A DNA stretch of 64,000 bases. Origin: the human T2T-CHM13v2.0 reference genome, Homo sapiens. The notes beneath the pieces are model-generated. The model was not told where the DNA came from and did no database searches. It saw nothing but the letters and a program-made list of their open reading frames with translations. Every line of letters begins with the position of its first letter. Position 1 is the stretch's first letter. The DNA lies in assembly GCF_009914755.1 (NCBI RefSeq), contig NC_060934.1. One strand, given 5' to 3'. Shown piece by piece: positions 42,438 to 56,947 of this stretch. The position numbers and the translations under genes are program-made.

Positions 42438-43263
42438 TGAGAGGTGAAGCTGGCTGGGCTTCTGGGTCAGGTGGGGACTGGGAGAACTTTTCTGTCTAGC
42501 TAAAGGATTGTAAACGCACCAATCAGCACTCTGTGTCTAGCTAAAGGTTTGTAAACACACCAATCAGGGCTCTGTGCCTAGCTAATCGGGTAGGGGACTT
42601 GGAGAGCTAGACAGAAAGTCTAGCTAAAGGATTGTAAATGCACCAGTCAGCGCTCTATGTCTAGTTAAAGGTTTGTAAACACACCAATCAGCACTCTGTC
42701 AAAACGGACCAATCAGCACTCTGTAAAACGGACCAATCAGCACTCTGTAAAATGGACCAATCAGCTCACTGTAAAGTGGACCAATCAGCAGGATGTGGGT
42801 AGGGCCAAATAAGAAAATAAAAGCAGGCCACCCAGCCTCAGTGGCAATTGGCTGGGGTCCACTTCCCCACTGTGAGAGGTTTTTTCTTTTGCTCTCTGCG
42901 ATGAATCTTACTGCTGCTTACTGTATGGGTCTGCACCCGCCTTTATGAGCTGTGAGACTCACCACTAAGGTCTGCAGCTTCACTCCTGAAGCCAAGGAGA
43001 CCACTAACCCACCGGGAGGAACGAACAACTCTGGACGGGCCGCCTTTATGAGCTGTAACACTCACCGCGAAGGTTTGCAGCTTCACTCTTGAAGTCAGCG
43101 AGACCAGGAACCCACCAGAAGGAAGAAACTCTGCACACGTCCGAACATCAAAAGGAACAAACTCTGGACACACCATCTTTAAGAACTGCAACACTCACCA
43201 CGAGGGTCCGCGGCTTCATTCTTAAAGTCAGTGAGACTAAGAACCCACCAATTCTTGGACATA
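42438..43263 (+). mobile_element. LTR12 (ERV9) solo LTR
   Basis: tgagaggtgaagctggctgggcttctgggtc, tandem tctagctaaagg[a/t]ttgtaaa..caccaatcagc repeats, U5 repeats (gcttcactcctgaag), end aacccaccaattcttggacata. 4-bp TSD AAAC at 42434-42437 and 43264-43267. Confidence 0.96.
42519..42825 (+). promoter_or_regulatory. LTR12 U3 enhancer/promoter: 7 CCAATCAG (NF-Y) boxes plus AATAAAA TATA-like element
   Basis: CCAAT at 42519, 42560, 42684, 42709, 42733, 42757 and 42781; aataaaa at about 42816-42822. NF-Y binding to LTR12 is established; activity at this copy is untested. Confidence 0.7.
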
Positions 43264-44598
43264 AAACCAGTAATTCTTATCAGCACAGGCACAAGCTATT
43301 TTATTTATCTTTGTATTAATCATTTATTCAACAAATAATAACTGAATGCTTACAAAGTATTAGCCTGGAATTGTCAAAAGAGGATGATAACATCCCCTTT
43401 CCCCAGAGGAGTGTTTGAAAATGTATGGGGACATTTGTCATTGTTATTGTTACAATTACTGTCTTTGTTGGAATTTAGCGAGTTGGGGGACAAACATACT
43501 AAATATTCTATAAACTCTTCCACTATTAGTGGAATTTGAAGTTTGTTTCGAGTCATTATGAACATTCCATACTTGTCTGCTGGTAAGATTCCTTTCTTAG
43601 GGCATATATACAAGGGTTTCAATGGCTTAAAAACTCTTAATCGTGGCCAAAAGTAATACATTTTGTGTCACAACGCTGAAACACATATGTGTGTGGATAA
43701 CTGAAACAAATAATTCACGAGAATATATCCCTTAGTATGTTTTTATGCACACCAATTTATTAAAAAATAATGCTGCTTGCTATAATACTAAATTGATTTT
43801 CAAAATCTATTCATTCACCAAAACTCAGTTTAAAAAGCAAAACTCTACAGGGCAGACCTAGTGGAGGAATTATTGCATCAAAGAGTATGCTTATGTTTTT
43901 CTCAAAATATCAAACTATTTTTAAAGTTGTTATTTTAACTTATACCTACTAAGAATGGGTGAAGAAATTCTGTTGCTCTAAAACTTTACTTTTGGTCTTT
44001 TTAAGTTCTACACGCATGTGTGCTGTTGTAGTATATAAAATTTTATATCTTTTTAACATTTAACAATATGAACAATTTCTGGTGTCATTAGTTGGTATTA
44101 AAACATGAGGTTTTTTGAATTAAAGAATAATATTTTATTGTGAGGATACATGATCATGTATTTGATTCTTCCCCTATTGTTGTACATAACTATGCTTCTA
44201 AGACTTTGGACAACTCTATAATGAAATCATTAATTTTATATACTATTTTACTAATTGATCTCTGGTTGCATCTTATGACAGATTTCAAGACCCAGTATTA
44301 CTGGGTCAAAGGGAATGACCATGTTTATAGCTTTTGATATACATTTTCAAATTGCGTTCCAGAAAATGTATACCTGTTTACTTTTTGATAGATCCAGGTT
44401 TTCCTACTTTTGACTGAGTAAAATCAAGTTTAACTAAACATGTAACATTAGACAACAGTGTTCTATTTATAAAACATTACCCTTAAATAGATTTGGAAAT
44501 GTGTTTTCCAGTCTCCATATTTAGAATGGTAAATGTAAACAGAAGAAAGGAAGGAATTTCCAGCCTTAACACTGTATTAATTTATTTTGCTTTAATAG

Positions 44599-44989
<391 letters not shown>

Positions 44990-45389
44990 AGGCCTGGCTT
45001 TTAATCTTACCCCTTACCCGCCACTTGAATCTGCCTCCATAGAATGATTTTGTTCTGCTCTGCTTATCTCACGGAGGATGTGTGAGAGTTAAATGACCTA
45101 GATGAAGCAAAATCATCGGTATTCAAATTGGTCAAGTGAAAAAACAAATCATAAGAAGTTCATTTGGAAATATGTTTAATCTAGCCAATTGATTTACCAC
45201 AAGGGCATAGATCTTGAGTAAGAAATCCGGTTTTCCATGGATTTTACCAAGGAGGTAAGACTGGATTCTACACCTAGTAGACAATATTTTTCTTATTTAT
45301 TTTTTAAATAAAAAAGGCAAATTAAAGTAAACTTCCCATAATTAAAAGGTAAACAAAAGCAACAACAACGAAAAAGCCCAATGCCTGGG

Positions 45390-45716
45390 CTACAGCAGCT
45401 TGAAGTCCTGATTTAATAGATCTAGAATGGGGTCTGGGCTTTGACATATTTTAAAGCTCTTTAGGTGATTTAATGTGTAGGTGGAAATGTGATCTTCTAG
45501 AACTACGCTGTCCAGTATGGTAGCCGCTAGTAACGTGTGGCTATATACATCTAAATTTAAGCTAATTAAATAGTATTACGAATTTAGTTTCTTAGTAACG
45601 GTAGGTACACTTCCAATGCTCAACTCTCACATATGGCTAGGTTGGTAGTTACCATCTTGGACAGCACAGAAGAACTTTTGTAACATTACAGAAAATTCTT
45701 CTGTTAGATAGCACTG
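45390..45716. mobile_element. hAT MITE relics (MER5A-like, then MER3-like)
   Basis: ctgatttaatagatctagaatggggtctggg...aagctctttaggtgatt; gctgtccagtatggtagccgctagtaacgtgtggcta...ttggacagcac...ttagatagcactg. Confidence 0.7.
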
Positions 45717-46489
45717 GTGTTAAGGCATATACAATTGATGAAGAAAGGAAATCTTTTGATAAGCGAGTAGTATTTTTTCTTCTTTTCTCATTCATCAAAT
45801 ACTACTGTGGGCTTGCTGTGTTTCAGCCAGTGTATTAGATAGGTGTTTCCCCCTTATCTGTTAGTCTTCTGTATTTGTCATGTCCAAGTAACACCTGTTT
45901 TGATGATTAGTTTCCGTTTTTAAAAATAAGTTTATTTTAAAAGTAAATATGTTTCTTTATATAAATTAAGTATCACTAATATTTGCCTTAAATATACAAA
46001 AAGTTTTTAAAATATAAGGTGAAGATTTCTAGCAACAAAATCCAATTATGAGGTACCTAAGTTCTAATACAAAGAATATGCTAGATAAAAGGTAACAGTT
46101 GTTAAAGTTTCAACACAGACCTATCTGAACTCAAAATACAGAGAACTACTTAGATCCCAGTAAAAACAGAGAAATCAAAGGCAGAGTGGTGAGCAGGTGG
46201 GAAGTCCTAGAGTTCCATTCAGATGCTCGTCCCAGTTATAGCCATAAAGGTTGGAGATCTAGTAGCCAGATTGGGACGTTTGTTGTGTGGAGAAGCTGGA
46301 ACTGACACTTCCACGCCTTACCCCATCTAGCAAACAAAAGAATCACACACAAAATCACACACACACTCCTGAATGTGCACAATTAACTCAACTTTTCTGG
46401 CAAAATTAAAAAAAAAAAAGCAAGGATGCATAAAGCCTATGTGGATGAACAGAAAATTTTGACAAGTAATAAAAAATAACTCTAGGTCT

Positions 46490-46904
46490 ACTATGAGGGC
46501 TACGTCAAATTGATTGGACCATGGAGTGCCCAGACATTTGGTCAAACATTATTCTGGGTGTGTCTGTGAGGATGTTGTTAGCTGAGAATAGCATTTGAAT
46601 TAGCAGAATGAATGAAGCAATTTGCCCTCCTTAATGTGGGTGGGCTTGATCTAATCAAGTGTAGACCTGAATAAAACAAAAAGGACTGAGTAAGAGGGAA
46701 CTCTTCCTGACTGACTGCTTGAGTTGAGAGATCAGTCTTCTTCCCTGGAACTGGAACTTATACCATTAGCTCTCCTGGTTCCCAGGCCTTCAGACTCAGA
46801 CAGAACTGTATCACTGACTCTCCTGGATCTCTAGCTTGGGGACTGCCAAGCTTGGGACTTCTCACCTTTCATAACGGCATGAGCCAATTCCTTGTAATAA
46901 ATCT

Positions 46905-46948
<44 letters not shown>

Positions 46949-46989
46949 TCCTATTGGTTCTATTTCTTTAAAGAACCCTGACTAATACA
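46490..46989 (+). mobile_element. MLT2 (ERV-L) solo LTR, MLT2D-like, with (CA)n at 46909-46944
   Basis: gtgcccagacatttggtcaaacattattctgggtgtgtctgtgagg...ctcctattggttctatttctttaaagaaccctgactaataca. Confidence 0.88.
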
Positions 46990-47709
46990 CCCACAAACCA
47001 CGTTTAAACAGATGAGCCTGCTCCCTCTTTCCTAGGAGACAGAAATTGGGATCATGATTTAATGTTCCCACTGAGACTTGGAATTCTTGATTAACCAAGG
47101 CAAAGGCCCAAGAGACAGTGATTGCAGCAGAATTGAGAGTCCAGTGGCATATAGCTGAGTGGCCAGCTATAGAGGAACCCAGTAGCCAAGCATCCAGTGT
47201 CCAGGGGATGCCAATGCCAGTGCCAATAGTGATGGCATCAGAAAAAACTCTGGCAGGCTCTTGGCCACAGCTTGTCTCCATTGATTCCAAACTTTCTGGC
47301 AATTCTACTTAAATTTTTGTTTTTCTACAGGCTATAATAATTCACTAAGTAACATGAACAGGGAAATGACAAGATTAGTGCCATACGTCTATGTTCATAG
47401 AATGTTGGTCATTTCTTTTGGGAACAACTCCTCCTTCAACACTCACAAAATGGGATGCTTTTGAAGAGCTCTAAATTTAGATTGCGTTTTCCTCTGTGCT
47501 ATTTTTGATTTGGGCCAGCTCTCTGATGTGAAGTGTCAGTGCATCCCAAGGTACAAATCAAGTGGCATGATGAAAAGATCCCCGCTCCAAAATGTCCATC
47601 TTTCTCCCTGACCACAGACTCTCCTTCTTACCTGAAAATTCCAACTATTAGTAGTTTCCATATGTTATGAACACACCAGGTCCCTTTGACTCTCTCTGCC
47701 CTACAGTGG

Positions 47710-47940
47710 CAATGCATAGTTGCCCTAGGGTCAGATAGATGCAGACCTTCATACTAGCTCTACTGTGGTCTATCTGTGTGATGTTGGGCAACTTGATTAC
47801 ACTTGAAGCCACAGTTTTTCTTCCCTGTAAAATGGCACAATAGTTGTATTGAACTCACAGAGGTTTTATGAGGTTTAGGTGAGATGACGCTTGTAGAGAA
47901 CTTCTCACAGTGCCTAGCATATAGACATTATAAGTACTAG
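47710..47940 (+). mobile_element. MIR
   Basis: tgtgtgatgttgggcaacttgattacacttgaagccacagtttttcttccctgtaaaatgg...cacagtgcctagcatatag. Confidence 0.75.
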
Positions 47941-48339
47941 TAGTAGATATGATATTAATATCTTGGAAATCCAAAGGACAGGAGTGTGACAGGCTTCAGT
48001 TGGTTGGAAGTGGTGCTGCAGAATCAAGTCCAACTTGAACCAGAAGCATTTTAAGAAAATCATAGGACATAGGAAACTTTTTATTTATAGGTTCAATCTC
48101 CCATGTTCTACATTAAATAACCTTTTATGCTGTAAAGTATTGAGAAGATTTTTATGACTGTGCTTTTAAAATTAATATTAATAACTTATTGAACTTACAT
48201 TGCTTGTGGTATCTTAGAAATCACTAGGCTTATATTGAAATCCTTTTGAAGTAATAGTCAAATTTATACATTCTTTCCAAGGCAATAACATTTTTATAAA
48301 TATTAATGTTTTGGTGAGGCTTTGTATAAGCAAAGGAAG

Positions 48340-49265
48340 TTTTCTCCAATTTTTATTATGAAATTTTTTTGACAAATATACTGATAAAATAGTTCAATTT
48401 ACATCTTTATGTCCTCCACCTGGATTTACCAGTTGTTTATATTTTGCCATATTTGTAGTATATTTATACATACCAACAAATGTGAATATATTTTTCTTTT
48501 TTGGCTGAAATATTTGAAACTTGGCAAGTATCATAATGCATCATCCCTAAATCATCAGCAGGCATCTCCTACGTAATCATAGTCCCTTTATTACACTTAA
48601 GAAAATTAATGAAAATTCTTCAAATATCTCTCATATCTGGTCCATTTTCAGATGTCTTTTGCAGCTGATTTCTTGAACCAGGATTAATGACATTTTAGGA
48701 TTGTACTTGGCATGACTCTTTTTATCTTTTAATATAAAACCATTTTTCTCTTCATGACATTGACTTGCTCAATCTTTTAAGATGCTTCCATTCTGGGTTT
48801 GTTTGTTTCTTCATGGTGATGGCCTCCATCTCCTTTATATATCTTATCAACTGGTAGTTAGGTCTAGATCGTTGACTAAGTTCAGTTTCAACATTTCTGG
48901 AATACTACATCACAGTGATGTGAATTTCATATCGTATCACAGTAGACAAGGCTCATTGCAGGTTGTATCACAGACCAATGGCTTGACTACTTGCAAGCAT
49001 GGTAACCCCATCTCTCTCCATTGTAAAGGTACATTTTCTCCTTTTGCAATCATTAAGTAATGGGCAGTGGGGGGTAGCAGGAGTCAGTACTTTGGAAAAA
49101 ATATGAAAAAATATACTGAGGTTATCCTAATAATCTTTTATCTAATGATTGTAGCATTCATGGATGATCCTTGCCTGAATTGTTTATTACATTAGGGAAT
49201 CCAAAAGGGTGATCTTCTGTTATCATTCCCTCTACATTTATTAGTTGGTATTATTTCTCTCTTTT
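48340..49265 (-). mobile_element. Old L1M (MC4/5-like) 3' fragment
   Basis: ttgtttatattttgccatatttg...cattgtaaaggtacattttctccttttgcaatc...ggatgatccttgcctgaat. Confidence 0.65.
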
Positions 49266-49560
49266 TCTTTTTACATCTAAAAATAGGTTCATAAGTTGAA
49301 CAATATAAAACCACTAAATTTAATAAGAAGTAAAACTGACATAATGTGATAGAATGCTACATTTTATATTTGTAGATTTATACATTACATTAATTTAACA
49401 GGTAAAGCCAACACATTTTCTTATGCATATTTAGCTCTTGAAAAATTCATAGCCTCTGTGGCACTACAGTGCCTAGTGGATAACATAGCTTTGATTTGAA
49501 CTATTTCTGAGCACACAGTCAGCATCAAATAGTTCTGATTGTGTTGTTCAGCAATGAGTG

Positions 49561-49909
49561 AGCATGTCAGCAGGTGAGGGAAAAATGTGTGGTTAAGAAA
49601 AACAATCTGCCCAAAATCCAAGGACCCAGAGGTCAGTGTGATAGCACTGGGGGGACAGGGAAGGGGTGTGAGATGGTGTGGGGCACAGGAAGACCACAGA
49701 CAAATATGTGTCTCAGTGTTATTTCCTGTGACCCACTATGATTTAAATCATATTTGGGACACATACTTGTCTGTGGTCTTCCTGTGCCCCACACCGTCTC
49801 ACACCCCTTCCCTGTCCCCCCAGTGCTATCACACTGACCTCTGGGTCCTTGGATTTTGGGCAGATTGTTTTTCTTAACCACACATTTTTTCCTCACCTGC
49901 TGACATGCT
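49561..49909. repeat. Long near-perfect inverted repeat (155-bp arms, 39-nt spacer)
   Basis: 49561-49715 is the reverse complement of 49755-49909 with 4 substitutions and no indels; paired coordinates sum to 99470. Confidence 0.98.
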
Positions 49910-51532
49910 ATCGATAAGGATTTTGAATGTTTATTCTGGAAAAAAGGCTGCTAGCATTCCTTTCAACGATTTACTTCTAAACTTGAAAGATCATTCACTT
50001 ATTAATTTCTTCACTTATTCCCTTATGAAAACTGACTGCACACACCTACTGTGTTCTGGGCCTAGAGAAGACTCTCTCTCCTCTGGGAAGGAGAAACACA
50101 CCTAAGCATTCATAGCGACATCAGCATGCTCCTGTCAATGCTCATGTCCACAGAAACCTACTAATTTGGGGTTATAATTCAACTCAGTCTCTCTCAAATA
50201 TGTGTATTTGCTTTTTCATGCTAATGTGAATGGTGTTTGGGTTTTCATTTTCTTTCCTGAGTTGTTCTTAACGGTCTCCAGTGATGAAGAGAATTATAAG
50301 GGCGAATTTTATAACTACTGTCACATTGAAAAAAATGTTTTTATTCAGACTGCATGGTCTCTTTTGAAGCAATGACATCATTAAAAGTTTTTTTTATTTG
50401 TCCCCAATTATTTTTTAGCAGAATTTTTGGACCTATAGTGATTAAGAGCATGATTTAGCTTCAAAACATCCACATGTATGGAGCTTGGTCCACATCTCTC
50501 TTGATCTGTAGTGTCTTTATGTGTAAAATAGAAATTAAAATATCTATTCCACAGAGCTGCTGAAAAAGCTATATATACAGCATATGCCTCAATGAGCCTA
50601 GTGCTAAATAAATGGTAGCTATGATAGCTGTGTTATTCATAACAGTGTTTGACACCTAAAACTGACATCATGTGCATTTATTTTCTATTAGCAAGCTGTT
50701 AAAGTAAACCCTGAGTAATTTCCCTTGCTTTGGTTCCTTCTTACTTCACTTTGGCACTGCATATTCATCAAGCTCATTGCTCCCCTTCATCATTTCCCCC
50801 TTGAAAATTTTCAGTTGCTTATGGCATAAACAGCACATTCCCAAGGCCGGTTTTCTCAGACCTCTGGCAATCAAAGTGGATTGTTTACTCTCTTCTCTAA
50901 ACTCTCTGTATAATTCTCTTGCATGCTCATCAGACCATCCCCAGACTCTTGTAGTAGCCTATATGTCCTACGTATTTCTGGGAGTTCCCCTGAAGATCAG
51001 TAGGAACTCACAAACACATCTGGTCTGTCACCATGTAGCTTTGGCAGTGTGTTTCTTTATCAGTCCTACATTGATGAGTACCATGGAGTCCCTCACTGTC
51101 ATCCTTTGCTCCTTCTACTTGATGAAGGAACAAGGCTCTGTGGCTCGTGCCTCCACTACGCTCCTATTGTGGACTTTCCAGCACCATATTTGCCACAGCT
51201 GAAACATGGTAGGTTATCTCTGCAAAATGGGGATGAATGTCTCTCTCTATTTTCAGTTAGTCTTAAGCCTCCAGCACCTATGAGGCTTTTAGCTTTTGTT
51301 TCCTTAAAGCTTTCCCATCTTCATCACTGCAGGACTCAGTCCAAAGTTCTTGAAGGCTGGGCCAGAAGATAAATTGTCCTGGCAAACACCATGCTGTACT
51401 CCACACCACACCTTTTTCTGACAGCTGCGGTTTTGTTACTGATTAAACCTTTGTGGGCCTGCTACTTTTCCCATTAGAATGTGTCATTGTCCAACAAGAT
51501 ACTAAGGGCCACTTAAAAAATAAAACCTCTCT

Positions 51533-51660
51533 GGCCGGATGCAGGGGCTCACGCCTGTGATCCCAGCACTTTGGGAGGCTGAGGCGAGAGGATTGCTTGA
51601 GGCCAGGAGTTTGAGATCAGCCTGGGCAATAAAGCGAGACCCCACCTCTACAAAAAATAC
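51533..51660 (+). mobile_element. Alu left monomer (FLAM/AluJ)
   Basis: ggccggatgcaggggctcacgcctgtgatcccagcactttgggagg...ccccacctctacaaaaaatac. Confidence 0.9.
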
Positions 51661-52005
51661 AGATTAAATTTTTTTTAAACTTTTTATTACACTAGTTTGC
51701 CTGACATTTCCAGACATGCCTTAAAAACAGCTGTAGAGATGATGAAGTCTCCTTCTGAGATCTCTCCTCTTTGTTTAACTCATATGAACCTGACTGTATT
51801 ATAAGCTTCCTTTGGACAGAGCTCATGTCCACAGTGCCTAGAACATAGTAAGTTCTCAATAAACTTTTATTAAATAGATGAATAAATTAATTAAAATAAT
51901 AATACTAATATTTATTGAGTACTAGATGCAATTTCTTGTGTTTTATATTCATTAGCTTGTTTAATCATTATTAAAACTCTGTAAAGAGGTATTTTTATTC
52001 CAGTA

Positions 52006-52475
52006 TGTGACCCAATACCTTCCTTTTGCTCCTGTAATTCTGATCTCAGCCCTTCTCCTTCTCTCTGTTGCAGGAGGTGGGCCCATGTGAACTACCACAG
52101 TGGGGCTTCTTACCCTCTGGTTTGTGTGGGTTTGGCTATTGGGAGGCCAGGAGGTCAGAGGGAGAGAGGAGAGAGGAATAGGGGCTGATCATTTCCTGGC
52201 CTCTTCATTGTGATATTGCCTGGGTCAGGTTGGGACCTTCTCTGAAAGTAACAGGTCTTCTCAAGATGGCTTTATTCTCAGGATCTCTCATGTTCCCTCC
52301 CTTTTCCCTTTACATTAGGAGTGGTAACAGCCCGACACTACCACACTCAGGCTCCTTCACCACATATAGTGCTGTCCTTTACACTTACACCCCACTTTAG
52401 TAGATAATCAGTTTGGTAACCGCTTCTCTAATTATATTATTTTAAGAAAGTCATCCTTATCTCTCTGGGACTCTG
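52006..52475 (+). mobile_element. LTR33-like ERVL LTR inserted into a MIR
   Basis: ccctctggtttgtgtgggtttggctattgggaggccaggaggtcagagggagagaggagagagg; antisense MIR pieces on both sides (51905-52003 and ~52490-52600). Confidence 0.65.
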
Positions 52476-52634
52476 TGTGGAAAGCATGTTGCTAATGAGG
52501 TAACTGAGGCCCACAGAGATTAAGAACATTCCTTAAGATCACTATACTAAAGGTGCCAATGTGGGAGTTTGTATCCAAGCCCATGGCTTTAATGACCACA
52601 TCATGCACACATGAAACTGCATTTGAATGCTGGG

Positions 52635-52885
52635 TGGCAGTGATGCACAGCGGATAAGCATATTACCATTGCAGTCACAAAGATCTGGGCTTCAAAATGG
52701 GCTCCACAACCTAGTTACAGTATAACATTGGACAAATGACTCTAGCTCTTTAAGATTCAGTTCCTAAATCTGTGAAATGGGGATTCTACCTACCTTGGAA
52801 TTTTTATAAGATTTAATTTTATGTTAATTTATGTAGAGTGCTACCATAGTGTTTTGTACCTAATAAAGACTTAATAGTTATCATA
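52635..52885 (+). mobile_element. MIR
   Basis: gatctgggcttcaaaatgggctccacaacctag...ttggacaaatgact...tcagttcctaaatctgtgaaatgggg. Confidence 0.72.
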
Positions 52886-53919
52886 AAAGCTATTCTGAAG
52901 GGGATTATTTGGAACTATGAGAGAACACAAGAGAAGTTTCATATGTGGTACCTTTAGTTAAGATGCTTATAGTAGTAACAGAAAATAATCAAATACTGGA
53001 TGGTTAGAACAGACATTGGAATTAAAGAGTTCTGGGGAAAGGGAAGAAACTCGTGGTATAAAGCAGATAGGTCAGGATTCATTTTGTTTCTTCACCTCTT
53101 TGGTGCATTTATTTTCTTGCCTTGGCTCTGGCAATCCTGCTGAGAGTGCAAGCATCCCTCAGGCAATGTGGTCTGAGTGAACTAACAGACATTAGCAGCC
53201 TTCATCATGAGCCTTCTTTCTGGCTGTTAATTCTTGTGGTGATAACACTTCCACTTGGTGGGGGAACAAGGCCACTGTAGTGGCCTGCCTAGCTGTGCTA
53301 CTGGGATTAGATTGCCACAGGGCTGCACTCTTAAAAACAAAGCCTACTTTTTCAATGAGGACAATTATGCAGTATTCCCATAATGGCTTCGCAGCTTGAA
53401 TTAAAATTGTTTAAAAAGTTGCCAGTACATGAAAAATATGTCTTACCTGTGAACTCTGTAGAGAGATGGACAATGCAAAGTAAATAGTGAATACTTTTTT
53501 ATGGGCAAAAATATTCCAGGGGTACATCTAATTTATGGCAAGGCTTGCAAATGTCTGACATGTTTATACTTCCCACCCCCTATTAAAATCAGAGATAGCC
53601 TTAGAATCTCTAAACACAGCACTGAAAAATGGCATCATTTACTTGATTAAAGTTAGTACAAAAGATAAGAGCTTTGCTAGCACTGTTGTTCTATGAAGAG
53701 GAGGATCCTACCTTTCCATGTCATATCACTGTCCAGTGTTTACCACTGAGTATAAAACCAAATAGAACTGGTTTCATTTTATTGGCTGAATTATTATATA
53801 ATGTTATTGACAATATTGTATAAGTAAGCCAGAATTTGTATGTGGAAATGTAAATGTAGACTATTAGCTACATCCTGAATTATGATTTTTAAAATCCTTA
53901 TTTGTGTTGTCTATAGGAA

Positions 53920-54724
<805 letters not shown>

Positions 54725-55564
54725 GGGATGCTGTTCCAAAATAATAATGTGTGGTAATGAAACAATATGCTTATATTCATATAATTTTTCAGAAAAGGCT
54801 TATTGTAATATAATAATTATACTTAGAAATTACATGGAGACATTTAATATTATTATTTCAATTAAATATTATACTGAACCATTGCTCTTAACCTTATCCC
54901 TACTACTAAAAATATTTAACTTTCATAATCATCCAAATGATAAAGGTACTACTGTTATTCCCATTTTACACCTGAGGAGATTCAGACTTAGAGAAGTTGT
55001 AGATCTTTCCCAATGTCACCATAGCTGAGAGAATAACATTTGAGGAACTTTGAGGATATACTAATTTAATGTATATGAGGAACTTAACATGGTGCCTTCC
55101 ACGGAGTGTTCAATGAGTATATGGATGCTATATTTATAATATAATATTATTCATAATAGTTGAGTATGAAAGATTATTTTAATTTATTTTAAAAGTCAGG
55201 TCATATATAGCTATAAAACTAAGAACTCACTAACATATTAAATTTCCCATTATGGACATATCTATAATTGGTTCTATATTTTGCTTTAACTGGAACTGAC
55301 TACAAATCCAATATAAACTCTAGTTTTCAGGGAAGTCATGTAACTCAGCTCACTAAGAAACAATCAAACTTTTCAAGCACCACTCATTAAGCTATGTCAT
55401 TAAATCTGAAGCTACATTACCAAAACACTAAATAATTGGCTAGCTTCTCTTTATTCCTTCAGTGATTACAAAAGATGTCTTTATCAAATCTTTATGGATG
55501 CCATATGTTATTCATTTTGGTTAAAAGTAGAAGGGTTTATTTGAAGGAAGGAGGTTAAATTCCA

Positions 55565-56020
55565 CATATTATATATAATATATATTATATATAAATATAA
55601 TATATATTATAATATAAATATATATAATATAATATAATATATAACATTATATTAATTATATATATTATAATATATAATTATATATTATAATTATATTATA
55701 TAATATATAATATATAATTATATATAATATATATGATTTATAATATAATTATAATATATAATATATATATTATATATTATAATTATATTATATATCTAAA
55801 TATAATATATATTTATATTTTATAAATATATAATATATAATATAATATATATAATATATTATATTATATATTATAATTATATTATATATCTAAATATAAT
55901 ATATATTTATATTTTATAAATATATAATATATAATATAATATATATAATATATAATATATTATATATTATATATGTATTTCACCTCTGCATTATATATAT
56001 ATTTTATATATACATATATA
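55565..56020. repeat. ~450-bp AT-rich (TA/TAA) tract with 94-bp internal tandem duplication
   Basis: Almost pure A/T; the landmark atatctaaatataatatatatttatattttataaat recurs with 94-bp period (ctaaa at 55796 and 55890). Confidence 0.93.
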
Positions 56021-56079
56021 TTTCACCTCTGCATTAGTCACATGGTGAGAAAAGAATAGAACTGGAAATCGTGTTTTAA

Positions 56080-56406
<327 letters not shown>

Positions 56407-56947
56407 TAAAAAGAATCTTTAAAGGATACCTTAAAGAAATGTGAAACAGGTTTATGCTACACTTGATAACATTCTTCCATTTTCCTGAATGGAGTCCAGA
56501 AAAATACTAAATGCCGACATCTAGTCATCGAATGATAATTTTCATATCAAAGTTGAGTGTGAATGACTCATTAATTCTTTGACTGCTCTGTTCTCTTATA
56601 ATTAACTTGAAATCAAAGAAAGAATAGGCGGAGAGAGTATAAGGGCTGGAGTTCTCCAGGTTAGTTTGTTAAAACTCGGTTAAGGCCAAAATGGCAGGGA
56701 AGTGCAGAACAGGCATCCCTGACCAGGAGTCAAATTGGTGTTTCTTTTCAGCACTGCTTTTAGATTTATGCCTCACTCAACAGTCAGTATCTTTGGTGTT
56801 GCAACATGGCATAAACTACTTCTCTGCTATTCCCATGTACTTATTGAAAATGAATGCGGGTTAAGGGTAAAAATATGAATAAACTTGAATTGAAATATTC
56901 CATGTAAGAATTAATTTTGAGGCTTAGCTTTCAGCATCAATTTATAC

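Noticed and set aside
42490-42790. Regularly spaced repeats resembling a CRISPR array
   Set aside because: These are LTR12 U3 enhancer repeats with no unique spacers and no cas genes, in eukaryotic DNA.
49587-49896. Mirror-image ORFs on both strands
   Set aside because: A by-product of the inverted repeat; no recognisable protein.
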